From Acidimicrobiales bacterium (GTDB lineage Bacteria; Actinomycetota; Acidimicrobiia; Acidimicrobiales; RAAP-2), in contig DATNIB010000049.1 in NCBI GenBank assembly GCA_035604685.1, positions 8,324-72,323 on the forward strand: a stretch of DNA of 64,000 bases, given 5' to 3'. Below, one piece after another: positions 11,392 to 21,158 of this stretch; the stretch's first letter is position 1, and each line of letters starts with the position of its first letter. A program made the position numbers and the translations under genes. Under the pieces are notes generated by a model that had not been told where the DNA came from, searched no databases, and saw nothing but the letters and a program-made list of their open reading frames with translations.

Positions 11392-12741
11392 TCAGGCTCC
11401 GGCCCCGAGCAGGTCCGGATCCTCTGGCCCCACCACCCGCAGCACGCCGCCCACGCGATCGACCACGTCCAAGCGCCCCAGGTCCTCGATCGTCGCGGTC
11501 ACGGCGCCACCGCGAGCCAGGTGGGTGAGGAAGACGAGCCGCGCCTCGTCGCCCAGCCCGAGCTGCTCCATGGAACGGATGGAGACCCCGTGGTCCCCGA
11601 AGACCCGGGCGACCGAGGCCAGCACCCCGGGCCGGTCCAGCACGTCGATGCTCAGGTAGAAGACCGACGTCAGGTCCTCGACGGGCCGGATGACGACCGG
11701 GACCCGCCGCGTCGGCGCCGGGACGGCGGCCCCGCTGCGCAGGTGCCGGGCCGCCACCACCAGGTCGCCGAGGACCGCGCTGGCCGCCGGTGGACCGCCG
11801 GCCCCCCGCCCGTAGAGCATGAGCTCGCCGGCGGCCTCGCCCTCGATGAAGACGGCGTTGAACGCCCCGCGCACGACGGCCAGGGGGTGCGACTTGGGCA
11901 CCATGGCCGGGTGTACCCGCACCGAGAGGTCGGGTCCGCCGTCGACCAGCTCGGCCACCGCCAGCAGCTTCACGACGTAGCCGAGCCGCTCGGCGAAGGT
12001 GACGTCCACCCGACGGACACCGGTGATCCCCTCGCAGTGCACGTCGTCGACCACGACGTCGCAGCCGAACGCCAGGCTGGCCAGGATGGCGGCCTTGGCG
12101 GCGGCGTCGCGCCCCTCGACGTCGGCCGACGGGTCCCGCTCGGCCAGGCCCAGCCGTTGCGCCTCGGCCAGCGCCTCGTCGTACTCGCGCCCCTCCTCGG
12201 TCATGGACGTGAGGATGAAGTTGGTCGTGCCGTTCACGATCCCCATGACCCGGCTGATCCGCTCCCCGGCCAGCGACTCGCGCAGCGGCCGGATGATCGG
12301 GATCGCGCCGGCCACCGCGGCCTCGTAGAACAGGTCGACACCGTTCGAGGCGGCCAGCGCCGCCAGCGGGCCCCCATGGGCGGCGAGCAGGGCCTTGTTC
12401 GCGGTCACGACGGGCCGGCCGGCCGCCAACGCAGTCTCGATCAGTGACTTGGCGGGGTCGATGCCCCCGATCAGCTCGACGACGACGTCGACGTCGTCGC
12501 GTTCGACCAGGCCCTTGGCGTCGAGCGTGAGGAGGTGCCTCGGGAACCACGGGGCGCTGGAGCGCACGTCGTCCAGATCGAGCGTCGAGATCCCGACCAC
12601 CTCGAGCCCCACCCCCGCCCGCCGCGCGATCTCCCCGGCCCGGGCCGGGTCCGCCAGCAGCTCGACCAGGGCGGCGCCGACGTTTCCGGAGCCGAGCACG
12701 GCGACACGCACCGCCGGTTCCTGGCTGGGCTGGCCGGGCAT
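11392..12741 (-). CDS. hom: homoserine dehydrogenase
   Basis: 449 aa with an N-terminal Rossmann motif ([17 protein letters not shown]), the catalytic domain and a C-terminal ACT-like region ([26 protein letters not shown]). Confidence 0.9.
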   Translation of the reverse strand: MPGQPSQEPAVRVAVLGSGNVGAALVELLADPARAGEIARRAGVGLEVVGISTLDLDDVRSSAPWFPRHLLTLDAKGLVERDDVDVVVELIGGIDPAKSLIETALAAGRPVVTANKALLAAHGGPLAALAASNGVDLFYEAAVAGAIPIIRPLRESLAGERISRVMGIVNGTTNFILTSMTEEGREYDEALAEAQRLGLAERDPSADVEGRDAAAKAAILASLAFGCDVVVDDVHCEGITGVRRVDVTFAERLGYVVKLLAVAELVDGGPDLSVRVHPAMVPKSHPLAVVRGAFNAVFIEGEAAGELMLYGRGAGGPPAASAVLGDLVVAARHLRSGAAVPAPTRRVPVVIRPVEDLTSVFYLSIDVLDRPGVLASVARVFGDHGVSIRSMEQLGLGDEARLVFLTHLARGGAVTATIEDLGRLDVVDRVGGVLRVVGPEDPDLLGAGA

Positions 12742-12820
12742 GGGTTCACGCTACCTGTTCGCGTCCCCGGCCCACCGGAACCACACGCTGTGAGCTGGGC
12801 TTTTCGGGAGCCGGGTCGGA

Positions 12821-14116
12821 TCAGAGGTCGAGGCGCAGGAGGTCGTCGATGCTCTCGCCGCGCACCACCACGCGGGCCGTCCCGTCCGACACGAAGACGA
12901 CCGGCGGCCGGGGGACCTTGTTGTAGTTGGAGGCCATCGAGTAGCCGTAGGCGCCGGTGACCGGGGTGGCCAGAACGTCGCCCACCCGCAGGTCCTCGGG
13001 CAAGTGGGCCTCCGACACGACGACGTCGCCCGTCTCGCAGTGCTTGCCGACCAGGCGCGCGGCCAGCGGCCGGGGGGCGTCGGCCTCCCGCGGCAACAGC
13101 GCCTCGTAACCGCTGCCGTAGAGGACGGGGCGCGGGTTGTCGCTCATCCCGCCGTCGACGGCCACGTAGGTGCGCACGCCGGGCAGCCGCTTGATGGTCC
13201 CGACCCGGTACAGCGTGATGCCGGCCGTCGCCACGATCGACCGGCCGGGCTCCGCGCTCACCCGCACGCCGGCGCCCACCCCGACGCGGGAGCACGCCGC
13301 CTTGGTCGCGCTGGCCCACTCGGCCATCGACGGCGCCCGCTCACCGTTCACGTAGGCGACCCCGAGCCCGCCGCCGACCACGAGCTCGGCCAGGTCGAGT
13401 GGGGCGAAGAACGCCCCCAAGATCTCGGCCGTGCGCTCGAACGAGGAGACATCGAAGACCTGACTGCCGATGTGGGCGTGCAGGCCGACCAGCTCGACGC
13501 CCGGCAGAAGCTCGAGCGCGGCGACGGCTTCGGCCGCCGCACCGGAGGCCATGGAGAACCCGAACTTGGTGTCCTCCTGTCCGGTCCGCACGAACTCGTG
13601 CGTGTGGGCCTCGACCCCCGGCGTCACCCGCACCAGCACCCGCGGGCGGCCCGAGGCCCTCGGGGAGTCCGTCAACCTCCCCAGGCGCGCCAGCTCGTCG
13701 AAGGAGTCCACGACGATGCGGCCCACCCCCTCGGACAGCGCCGACTCGAGCTCGGCCTCTGACTTGTTGTTCCCGTGGAAGACGAGGCGATCGGCCGGGA
13801 TCCCCGCGGCCAGCGCCACCGCCAACTCCCCGGCGGTCGAAACGTCGAGACACATCCCTTCCTCATGGGCCAACCTCGCCATCGCCTTGCAAAGGAACGC
13901 CTTGGTGCCATAGGCGACCCCGTCCCCCCAGGCCGCCACCGCCTCTCGGCAGCGCGCGCGTAGGTGCGCCTCGTCGTAGACGAACAGCGGCGTGCCGTGC
14001 TCCTCGGCCAGCGCGATGAGGTCGACGCCGCCGACCGACAGCCGGCCGTTGTCGGCGATGGCGGCGGTCGACGGGAGCAGGTGCCGTTCGACGGGGGCGG
14101 CGGAGAGGTCGCTCAT
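12821..14116 (-). CDS. lysA: diaminopimelate decarboxylase
   Basis: Motifs include HGTPLFVYDE, AYGTKAF (PLP Lys region) and CETGD. I trimmed the start to ATG 14116 (MSDLSAAPVERHLLP). Confidence 0.9.
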   Translation of the reverse strand: MSDLSAAPVERHLLPSTAAIADNGRLSVGGVDLIALAEEHGTPLFVYDEAHLRARCREAVAAWGDGVAYGTKAFLCKAMARLAHEEGMCLDVSTAGELAVALAAGIPADRLVFHGNNKSEAELESALSEGVGRIVVDSFDELARLGRLTDSPRASGRPRVLVRVTPGVEAHTHEFVRTGQEDTKFGFSMASGAAAEAVAALELLPGVELVGLHAHIGSQVFDVSSFERTAEILGAFFAPLDLAELVVGGGLGVAYVNGERAPSMAEWASATKAACSRVGVGAGVRVSAEPGRSIVATAGITLYRVGTIKRLPGVRTYVAVDGGMSDNPRPVLYGSGYEALLPREADAPRPLAARLVGKHCETGDVVVSEAHLPEDLRVGDVLATPVTGAYGYSMASNYNKVPRPPVVFVSDGTARVVVRGESIDDLLRLDL

Positions 14117-14216
14117 CGCCGGGCGCCTGGACGCGCTCGCGTGACTCGGTGCCGCGCTCGCAGTGTGGGCCGAAGAACGCCGGTCATGGGCACACACGAT
14201 ACGGTGAGTGGCCCCA

Positions 14217-14288
14217 GCCCCAGTAGCTCAGCGGATAGAGCACCGGCCTCCGGAGCCGGGTGCGCAGGTTCAAGTCCTGCCTGGGGCG
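14217..14288 (+). tRNA. tRNA-Arg (anticodon CCG)
   Basis: Hand-folded cloverleaf: acceptor GCCCCAG/CTGGGGC, D-arm GCTC-AGCGGATA-GAGC, anticodon arm CCGGC-CTCCGGA-GCCGG, T-arm GCAGG-TTCAAGT-CCTGC, discriminator G. CCA is not encoded. Confidence 0.85.
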
Positions 14289-14383
14289 CTGCCTGGGGCG
14301 CTGACGTTGTACCTGGGAGAGGGAAAGGGCGGCAAGAACCGCGCGGGTGGCGGCCGCTCCTGACGGTGAGCTCGTAGGCGCGT

Positions 14384-15133
14384 CTACGGGGTGTGCGCTA
14401 ACAAAAATTCGCGGATGCCCGCGACGGTCATGCGGTGGCGTTCCGGTCCCTCCCAGGGATAGAGAAGCTCTGCCTTAGGGGCCAGATCCACGATCTCCTC
14501 ACCGATGGCATAGGGATGGAAGGCGTCGTCGCCCGGCAGTACCAGGAGAGGCACAGAGCATCGGCGGAGCGCGTCCCGGTGCACACTGAAGACGAAGTCT
14601 CCTTCGAACATCGCGTCTTTCATCGCGCTGAGCGAAGCGTCGTCGACGTCGCTCCGCCGGGTTCGCAGATCGTTGGCCCAGCGGTCGAACAGCGCCAGGA
14701 ACTCGCCGCGGTTGCCGGCGTGCAGGCCGATGGGGTTCTGGAGCACCGCGGCAGTCACGGCGTCAGGAGCCGAGTCACAGAGCGCCAGCGCGTAGGACGA
14801 TCCGATGCAGCCCCCCATGAGGTGGGTGCGAGTGATTTCGAGGTGTTCGAGGAGGGCCAGGTGATCCGCGGTGTACGTTGCCCAGCCATCTCCGCGCGAG
14901 ACGGGTGCTGAAGATGCCCCCGCGTTGCGCTGGTCCATGCTGATGACGCAGAAGTGGTCACTGAGCTCGACCCGTGGATCGATCCATGGCGCCGGCTCGC
15001 CCGGTCTGGTGGGGAGCTCGCCCCAGAGTTGGGCGGTCGACGCCATCCCGCCGGGAGCGAAGAGCAAGAGGGAGTGCCCAGTGCCGCGGACCTCGAAGCT
15101 GATGCGAGCTTCGCCGCGCTCCAAGATGGGCAT
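14384..15133 (-). CDS. alpha/beta hydrolase fold protein (Cys at the nucleophile elbow)
   Basis: 249 aa with alpha/beta-hydrolase-like order (LLLFAPGG ... HLMGGCIGSSYAL ... VLPGDDAFHP). The nucleophile motif reads G-G-C-I-G instead of G-x-S-x-G. Confidence 0.7.
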   Translation of the reverse strand: MPILERGEARISFEVRGTGHSLLLFAPGGMASTAQLWGELPTRPGEPAPWIDPRVELSDHFCVISMDQRNAGASSAPVSRGDGWATYTADHLALLEHLEITRTHLMGGCIGSSYALALCDSAPDAVTAAVLQNPIGLHAGNRGEFLALFDRWANDLRTRRSDVDDASLSAMKDAMFEGDFVFSVHRDALRRCSVPLLVLPGDDAFHPYAIGEEIVDLAPKAELLYPWEGPERHRMTVAGIREFLLAHTP

Positions 15134-15409
15134 GCACCACTTCTAGTCCCTGTTCGGACCGGGCGCCCAACGACCAGGGCGTCGATAACCGCGCCCGGGT
15201 CTGAGACGACCTCCGGGTCGGGCGAGCTGCGTGCTCGATCTCGCTGGCCGTCCCGGCGAATTCTGGTGCACCGTAGCGCCAGCGAGCGAGCTCTCTCGGT
15301 CACTGGGTCCACCCTTCATGAGGGCCCCATGTGTCATCGATCTCCGTCAGTTTTAGACTGCTTGGGGCCGCTGCAAGCTCTGCCCGACCGCCACCCGCAA
15401 GGACGCCGA

Positions 15410-16207
15410 GTGCACGATCACGCGATCTACACGCACGGTCACCACGAGAGCGTGCTTCGCGCGCACACCTGGCGGACGGTGGAGAACTCCGCCGCCTACC
15501 TCGCCCCGCACCTGGTGCCCGGCATGCGCCTGCTCGACGTCGGCTGCGGCCCGGGCACCATCACGGCCGACCTGGCCCGCCGCGTCGCCCCGGGGCAGAC
15601 GATCGGCATCGACGCCGCGCCGGGCGTCATCGAGCTGGCCGTCAGGGACAACGGTGAGTCGACCGCGGTGTTCGAGACGGGCGACGTGACCGATCTGCGG
15701 TTCGACGACGCGTCGTTCGACGTCGTCCACGCCCACCAGGTGCTCCAACACCTGGCGGATCCGGTCGCCGCGCTGGTCGAGATGCGGCGCGTCTGCAAGC
15801 CGGGTGGACTGGTGGCGGCGCGCGACGGTGACTACCGCGCGTTCACCTGGTACCCGGCGGATCCGGGCCTCGACCGCTGGCTCGCCACCTACGAGGCGGT
15901 CGCCCGGGCGAACGGTGGCGAGCCCGACGCCGGGCGCCACCTCGCGGCCTGGGCGCGCCGGGCCGGATTCAGCGAGGTCGTCGCCTCCGCCTCGGTCTGG
16001 TGCTTCTCGGAGCCGCCCGAGCGAGAGTGGTGGGGGGAGCTCTGGGCCGATCGGATCAGCGATTCGCCGCTCGCCCACCGCGCCACGGAGCTGGGTCTCG
16101 CCGACCCCACCGATCTCGCCGCCATGGCCGAGGCCTGGCGCCGGTGGGCCCGGGACCAAGACGGCTGGTTCGCCTGCCTGCACGGCGAGGTCCTCTGCCG
16201 ACCCTGA
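15410..16207 (+). CDS. class I SAM-dependent methyltransferase
   Basis: SAM motif LLDVGCGPGTITADLA, followed by FDVVHAHQVLQHL and KPGGLVAARD. The start is either GTG 15410 (AAGGA 7 nt upstream) or ATG 15329. The earlier part of the tracked ORF (from 14954) overlaps the hydrolase gene and looks spurious. Confidence 0.75.
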   Translation: MHDHAIYTHGHHESVLRAHTWRTVENSAAYLAPHLVPGMRLLDVGCGPGTITADLARRVAPGQTIGIDAAPGVIELAVRDNGESTAVFETGDVTDLRFDDASFDVVHAHQVLQHLADPVAALVEMRRVCKPGGLVAARDGDYRAFTWYPADPGLDRWLATYEAVARANGGEPDAGRHLAAWARRAGFSEVVASASVWCFSEPPEREWWGELWADRISDSPLAHRATELGLADPTDLAAMAEAWRRWARDQDGWFACLHGEVLCRP

Positions 16208-16254
16208 CGGGACCAACCGGCCGGAGATCTCCCGCCCGCCCTAGTCTGCGAATA

Positions 16255-16698
16255 GTGCCAACGGACCTCCAGCTGAAGACCATGAACGCCGTCCACAAGG
16301 CACTGCTCAGGCTGAGTGGTGGCTGGATCGGGTGGAGCGTGGCGGGCATGTCGGTGGTCGAGCTGACGACGATCGGGCGCAAGACCGGCCAGCCCCGCAC
16401 GGTGATGCTGACGTCGCCGACACAGGAGGGCGACGCCATCGTGATCGTCGCTTCCCGTGGTGGCGACGATCAACCGCCCGCCTGGTTCCTCAACCTGCGT
16501 GACCACCCCGAGGTGACGGTGGCCTTCGCCGGGAAGCCCAAGCAGGCGATGCGGGCCCGGGTGGCGACGCCCGACGAACGGGCGGCGCTCTGGCCGCGGG
16601 TGACCGCCGCCTACCAGGGCTACGCCACCTACCAGACGAGGACCGACCGGGTGATCCCGCTCGTGCTCCTCGAATCGGCCGACGCCGCCCAGGCCTAG
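16255..16698 (+). CDS. deazaflavin (F420)-dependent nitroreductase family protein (Ddn/DUF385-like)
   Basis: LRLSGGWIG...LTTIGRKTGQPRTVMLTS...ASRGGDDQPPAWFLNLRDHPEVTV...ERAALWPRV matches the split-barrel Ddn/PPOX-like family. The start is GTG 16255 or ATG 16282. Confidence 0.7.
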   Translation: MPTDLQLKTMNAVHKALLRLSGGWIGWSVAGMSVVELTTIGRKTGQPRTVMLTSPTQEGDAIVIVASRGGDDQPPAWFLNLRDHPEVTVAFAGKPKQAMRARVATPDERAALWPRVTAAYQGYATYQTRTDRVIPLVLLESADAAQA

Positions 16699-16729
16699 CG
16701 GCCCATCCTTCCCATCGGGGCCGCTCCGG

Positions 16730-19243
16730 TCACTCGGCCCGCAACAACAGGTCCGTCGGCGTGCGGGCGGCGCTCCACCCCGGGAGCGCGGCCACGACGT
16801 TCGCCAGGACGAGCGCCCCGACGGCGATGAGCACGATCAGCGGGACCGGGACGCTCGGGTAGGGCACCACGCTGATCTCCCGGGCGAACACGTTCCACAG
16901 GTTCCGGCCGACCACGATGCCGAGCGGCACCCCGACCACCGTGCCGATGGCCACGGCGACGCTCGCCTGCCAGGCGACCGTGGCCGCCAGCTGCCGACCG
17001 GTGAACCCGAGTGTCTTCAGCAGGGCCAGCTCCCGTCGCCGTCGCCGCACCGAGGCGACGAGCGTGAGGCCGAGGGCGACCACGGCTCCCAAGGCCAGGC
17101 CGACACCCAGGAAGGCGGGGATCGTCCCCATGGAGCGGTAGTCGACGATCTCGGCGGGCCGCTGCACGGACAACACCAGCACCCCGCTGTCCGCCGCGTT
17201 GCTCGTCGCCCGCGCGATCCGCTGCAGCGAGCCGAACGCGGCCGCCGAGCTGTCCCGGAGCCGCACCAGGACGGCGTTCGGGCCCGCCTCGGAGGCGGGA
17301 AGGCCACCCGTGCTCGAGAGAACGGCCGGCAGGATCGAGCGGTCGAACACCGCGCCGATCCCCATCTCGGGATGCTGGTTCCCCCCGACACCGATGGTGG
17401 GCAGGGTCGCCGTCCCCACGATCCGAGCCGCCTTGGCCCCGCCGAGGCGGTTGGTGTGGACGGTGACGGAGTCGCCCAGGTGCTTGTGGAGCTCGGCCAG
17501 CGTGACGGCGCCGAGCACCACCTGTCGGGGGCCGTCCACGCCGTGCCCGGACAAGAGCGGCGGGGCGACGGCCGCGCCCGGGGCCTCACCGATCATCGGC
17601 ACCGTCAGCCCGTCGATCTCGACCGTGTCGAAGCTGATCCCCGACCAGGAGGACACGTGGTGATCCGCGTCCAGCAACTGCCTGACCTGCGCGCCCGGGA
17701 TGTCGTTGCCCTGCCCGGCCGTGAGCACGTAGTCCCAGTTCCATCCGTAGAGGGCGGGGCGCGACACGAGGGTGTTGAGGCTGGCGCCGAAGGTGACGGT
17801 GCCGATCACCACGACGACGGCCAGCGCCGCGCCGAGCAGGGCGGAGCGCACCGGCACGGCGTTGCGCCCGGCGCCGGGCTCGAGCGCGAACCGGATGCCG
17901 GTCACCGCCGGTGCCGGGAGACCCGCGGCGGCGGCCGAGGCGGCGAGGTGCGAGCGTCGCTCGCCGGCCCGGGCCCGGCGCCGGTCGGCGCGCTCGGGCG
18001 TGATCCGGTAGCCGAGCCAGACGGCGACGGCGCCCAGACCCACGAGCAGGATGGCGAACCCGGATCCGAGCACCGTCCAGTCGAAGGCGACGCCTGGGAA
18101 CGGGTACACCGGTCGCACCGGCCCGAGCGGCGCCAGCGGGGACAGCCCCACGGCGACCGCGACGGCGAGCAGCGACCCGGCGGCGACGGCACCCAGGGCG
18201 CCGATGAGACCGTCCGCCGCCGTCACCGCAGGCGCGGCCCCGAGGGCCCGCAGAATGCCGAGATCGTCGGCCGCGAAGTGGAGCTGGCGACCGATCAACT
18301 GGGCGCCGATCAACAACGCCGCCAAGGCGGCGAGCGCCCCGAACACGCCGAGGGCGATGGACTCGGGCTTGATCGCCCGTTCCGCCTTGGCCTCGAGCGC
18401 CGCCACCGGGGCGGCGGTGGGCGGATTGAACCCCCCCGGCAGGAGCGCCGCCACCTCGCGCTGTGCGGCGGGGAGGTACCGGCTCCCGCCCGTCACCGTC
18501 ATGCCGACCGCCGAGTAGAAGGTGCAGCACGAGAGCAGCGGTCGCGTCAACGCCGGGGTGAAGTAGAAGGCGAAGTCGTTGAGGGTGTCGATGTCGTCTT
18601 GGATGACCTCTTGGCTGTTCACGACGACGCCGACGAGCGTGGCCGTGAAGCGCCGGTACGGCGTGACCCTGGCCGTGCCGAAGTTCGGCAACAGCGTCTG
18701 GGCGTTGGTGTAGACGCCGAAGGGGACGACCTCGCCGACCTGCAGTTTGAACATCTGCGCGGTGATCGGGCTCACGGCGAATTCGTCGGCGCGGGCCGGA
18801 TTGGGCAGCCGGCCCGTGATCACCGAAGGCAGGTCCAGGCCGGAGCCCGCAGTGCTGGGGCTTCCGTCGCCCTCTCCCGATTGCGCCGGGTAGGCCTGGA
18901 CCCCCCGGGGCGCTCCGCCGCTCGTGAGTGGAATCGTGTTGAGCCCGGTCAAGACGGAGATCTGTCCGACATGGGGGAGATGCTCGATGGCGGCGACCCG
19001 GGCCGGGTCGTAGCCAAGGCCGGCCGCCCCCGGGAGACCGCTCACGAAGTCGATCACGCCCGCCAGATCCGGGGGATTGGTGCTGGCGACATAGACGGGG
19101 AACGAGGACTGGGTCCGCCGGGCACCGGCCACGGCGCCCATGGCCAGGCCGCCGACCAGCCCGATGACCAGGGCCACGCCCAGATAGCCCGCCCATCGCC
19201 GCGACCACGTGGCCGCGAACCGGTACCAGGCGACTCTGATCAC
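16730..19243 (-). CDS. ABC transporter permease, FtsX/MacB-like with duplicated FtsX domains
   Basis: The protein is ~837 aa. It has two blocks of four TM helices, each followed or preceded by large extracytoplasmic loops. The C-terminal FtsX signature is RRRELALLKTLGFTGRQL. The start is probably GTG 19243 (VIRVAWYRF). Confidence 0.8.
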   Translation of the reverse strand: MIRVAWYRFAATWSRRWAGYLGVALVIGLVGGLAMGAVAGARRTQSSFPVYVASTNPPDLAGVIDFVSGLPGAAGLGYDPARVAAIEHLPHVGQISVLTGLNTIPLTSGGAPRGVQAYPAQSGEGDGSPSTAGSGLDLPSVITGRLPNPARADEFAVSPITAQMFKLQVGEVVPFGVYTNAQTLLPNFGTARVTPYRRFTATLVGVVVNSQEVIQDDIDTLNDFAFYFTPALTRPLLSCCTFYSAVGMTVTGGSRYLPAAQREVAALLPGGFNPPTAAPVAALEAKAERAIKPESIALGVFGALAALAALLIGAQLIGRQLHFAADDLGILRALGAAPAVTAADGLIGALGAVAAGSLLAVAVAVGLSPLAPLGPVRPVYPFPGVAFDWTVLGSGFAILLVGLGAVAVWLGYRITPERADRRRARAGERRSHLAASAAAAGLPAPAVTGIRFALEPGAGRNAVPVRSALLGAALAVVVVIGTVTFGASLNTLVSRPALYGWNWDYVLTAGQGNDIPGAQVRQLLDADHHVSSWSGISFDTVEIDGLTVPMIGEAPGAAVAPPLLSGHGVDGPRQVVLGAVTLAELHKHLGDSVTVHTNRLGGAKAARIVGTATLPTIGVGGNQHPEMGIGAVFDRSILPAVLSSTGGLPASEAGPNAVLVRLRDSSAAAFGSLQRIARATSNAADSGVLVLSVQRPAEIVDYRSMGTIPAFLGVGLALGAVVALGLTLVASVRRRRRELALLKTLGFTGRQLAATVAWQASVAVAIGTVVGVPLGIVVGRNLWNVFAREISVVPYPSVPVPLIVLIAVGALVLANVVAALPGWSAARTPTDLLLRAE

Positions 19244-19442
19244 CGGGGGTTCACGCTCGCTCCGGCGCGGCCGTGCCGTTCCACCTCGAGCATGACCTCC
19301 CACGGCGCGGACGTCCGGCCGGCCTCACAGCAAAGTCTCACCCGACCCGGGGGGGCGACCAAGGTGGGCAACCCGTGTGCCCGTCTCGTGCCAGCACCAC
19401 GCCGGGTCGAGGACGGCCGGCACCGAGCGTGGCGCCGGTCGG

Positions 19443-20471
19443 TCAGCCCGGGCGGATGGCCACCAGCTTCATGGGCGGATCGCGGAGCGCGTCGGCCAGG
19501 TCGTCCCAGGCGACGATGGCCGACGTCACGAGCCCCGGGTCGAAGCCCCGGGCGACCGCCTCGAGCACTCGGGGTATCGCGGGCCGAGCGTGGACGCGCC
19601 CGGTGTGCAGCGTGCAGCAGCGCGAGTACATCGAGAACATGGGCAGGGAGGGATCCTCGAGGTAGACGAAGGTGCTCGTACAGGTCCCGTCGAAGGCGAC
19701 GCTGTTGAGCGCGCAGCGCAGGCCACGCTCGGTGCCGCTCGCGTCGACGACGATCGGGAAGGCACCCACCTTGCGCGGCAGCTCGTCGACCGCGACATTG
19801 GCCGCCTCCGCGCCGAGCGCGCGGGCGATGTCGAGCCGGCCCGCATCCGAGTCGACGTAGTGCACCCGTTGGGCGCCGAGGGTCACCGCCAGGCCGGCCG
19901 CGTACAGGCCGATCGAGGCGGGTTGGCCCCCGAGGACAAGCACCTCGGCACCGGGCTCTGCGGCCAGCTGCGGTCCCACCGCCCGCCAACCGTCGGGGAT
20001 GTTGTCGCTGGCACTGGCTAGCGCCACGGGGTCGCTCCCCTCGGGCAGTGCGACGAGCATCGCGTCGGCGTGCGGGACCCGGACCAGGTCGGCGAAGAGA
20101 CCTCCCCAGCCGAGCCCGCCCATCTGCCCCAGCCCGTAGGTGGAGAGCGGCGGGTGTGCCGCGCAGTTGCCGGTCCGGCCCCGCAGGCAGTTGGGGCAGG
20201 TACCGCAGGAGATCTGGAACGGCACCACGACCAGCTGACCGACGCGGACGCTGGACACCCCAGCACCGACCGCCACCACCCGCGCAACTCCTTCGTGACC
20301 CAACGGATAGGGGCCCGCCAGCGGATAGCCCCCGCGCAGCGCCGCGACGTCGATGTCGCAGGTGGCGACCGCCACTGGGCGGACCAGGGCCGCACGGTCG
20401 TCGTCGAGCTCTGGGTCGGGGCGGGCTTCCCAACGGACATCGTGCGGTCCGTAGAACATGAGTTGGCGCAT
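19443..20471 (-). CDS. zinc-dependent alcohol dehydrogenase (MDR superfamily)
   Basis: Catalytic Zn region ATCDIDV...GHEGVARVVAVG, structural Zn cysteines CGTCPNCLRGRTGNC, and the Rossmann motif LVLGGQPASIGL. Confidence 0.8.
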   Translation of the reverse strand: MRQLMFYGPHDVRWEARPDPELDDDRAALVRPVAVATCDIDVAALRGGYPLAGPYPLGHEGVARVVAVGAGVSSVRVGQLVVVPFQISCGTCPNCLRGRTGNCAAHPPLSTYGLGQMGGLGWGGLFADLVRVPHADAMLVALPEGSDPVALASASDNIPDGWRAVGPQLAAEPGAEVLVLGGQPASIGLYAAGLAVTLGAQRVHYVDSDAGRLDIARALGAEAANVAVDELPRKVGAFPIVVDASGTERGLRCALNSVAFDGTCTSTFVYLEDPSLPMFSMYSRCCTLHTGRVHARPAIPRVLEAVARGFDPGLVTSAIVAWDDLADALRDPPMKLVAIRPG

Positions 20472-20481
20472 GGCGGAATAC

Positions 20482-20497
20482 TAAGACGATCGTCTTA
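20482..20497. promoter_or_regulatory. perfect 16-bp palindrome, putative TetR operator
   Basis: TAAGACGA|TCGTCTTA sits in the 46-bp divergent gap. It is 10 nt from the ADH ATG (20471) and 20 nt from the tetR ATG (20518). It is AT-rich relative to its surroundings. Confidence 0.5.
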
Positions 20498-20517
20498 CAA
20501 TCCGCTAGTCTGGAAAC

Positions 20518-21093
20518 ATGCCCCGGCGGAGCGACAGCCGCCAGCGCATGGTGCGAACCGCGGCCGCGCTGCTGCGACGCCAGGGCTACGCCGCCACGGG
20601 CTGGCGCAGCGTGGTCGCAGAGAGCGGCACGCCCTGGGGGTCCCAGGCGCACCACTTCCCGGGCGGCAAGGAGCAGCTGGCGGTCGACGCCGTGGCCTGG
20701 TCCGGCGAGGCCTTCGAGCGCCTGCTCCGGGGGGCGCTGGCCAATGGGCACCCGGCCGACGCCGTCGAGGCCTGGACGCGGCTCGGCGGGGCCGAGCTCG
20801 AGCGGAGCGGCTGGCGCGACGGGTGCCCGGTGGCCACGGTCGCCCTCGAAACCGCGCACGACAACGACGCGCTGGCCTCAGCCTGCACCTCGGCGTTCGG
20901 ATCGTGGCGGAGCGCGATCGCCGAGGCGATCCAAGCCAGGGGCGTCGACGAGGCGGCCGCGCAGTCGCTCGCTACCTTCACCCTGGCCGCCGTCGAGGGT
21001 GCGCTGCTCCTGGCTCGGGCCGAGCGCTCCACGGAACCGCTGTTCGCGGTGGGCCGACACCTGTCCGGGGTCCTGCGAGCCAACGTCGAGTAG
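20518..21093 (+). CDS. TetR/AcrR family transcriptional regulator
   Basis: 191 aa with an N-terminal HTH (MVRTAAALLRRQGYAATGWRSVVAESGTPWGSQAHHFPGGKEQL). It is divergent from the ADH gene. Confidence 0.85.
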   Translation: MPRRSDSRQRMVRTAAALLRRQGYAATGWRSVVAESGTPWGSQAHHFPGGKEQLAVDAVAWSGEAFERLLRGALANGHPADAVEAWTRLGGAELERSGWRDGCPVATVALETAHDNDALASACTSAFGSWRSAIAEAIQARGVDEAAAQSLATFTLAAVEGALLLARAERSTEPLFAVGRHLSGVLRANVE

Positions 21094-21158
21094 CGCCCGC
21101 CACACGGCTGTCCGGCCGGCCGGCCCGCGCACCGGGACGCCCGGCGCCGGGCCCTTGC

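Noticed and set aside
11390-12550. An upstream extension of the thrC ORF that would give a 733-aa fusion protein.
   Set aside because: It overlaps hom in another frame and its translation is R/G/A-rich junk. thrC homology starts at ATG 11389, immediately after the hom stop.
17372-19708. A 778-aa plus-strand ORF, and a 540-aa minus-strand alternative-frame ORF at 17586..19208.
   Set aside because: Both overlap the FtsX permease gene, whose TM-rich translation is convincing. Their own translations are low-complexity R/G/D/P strings.
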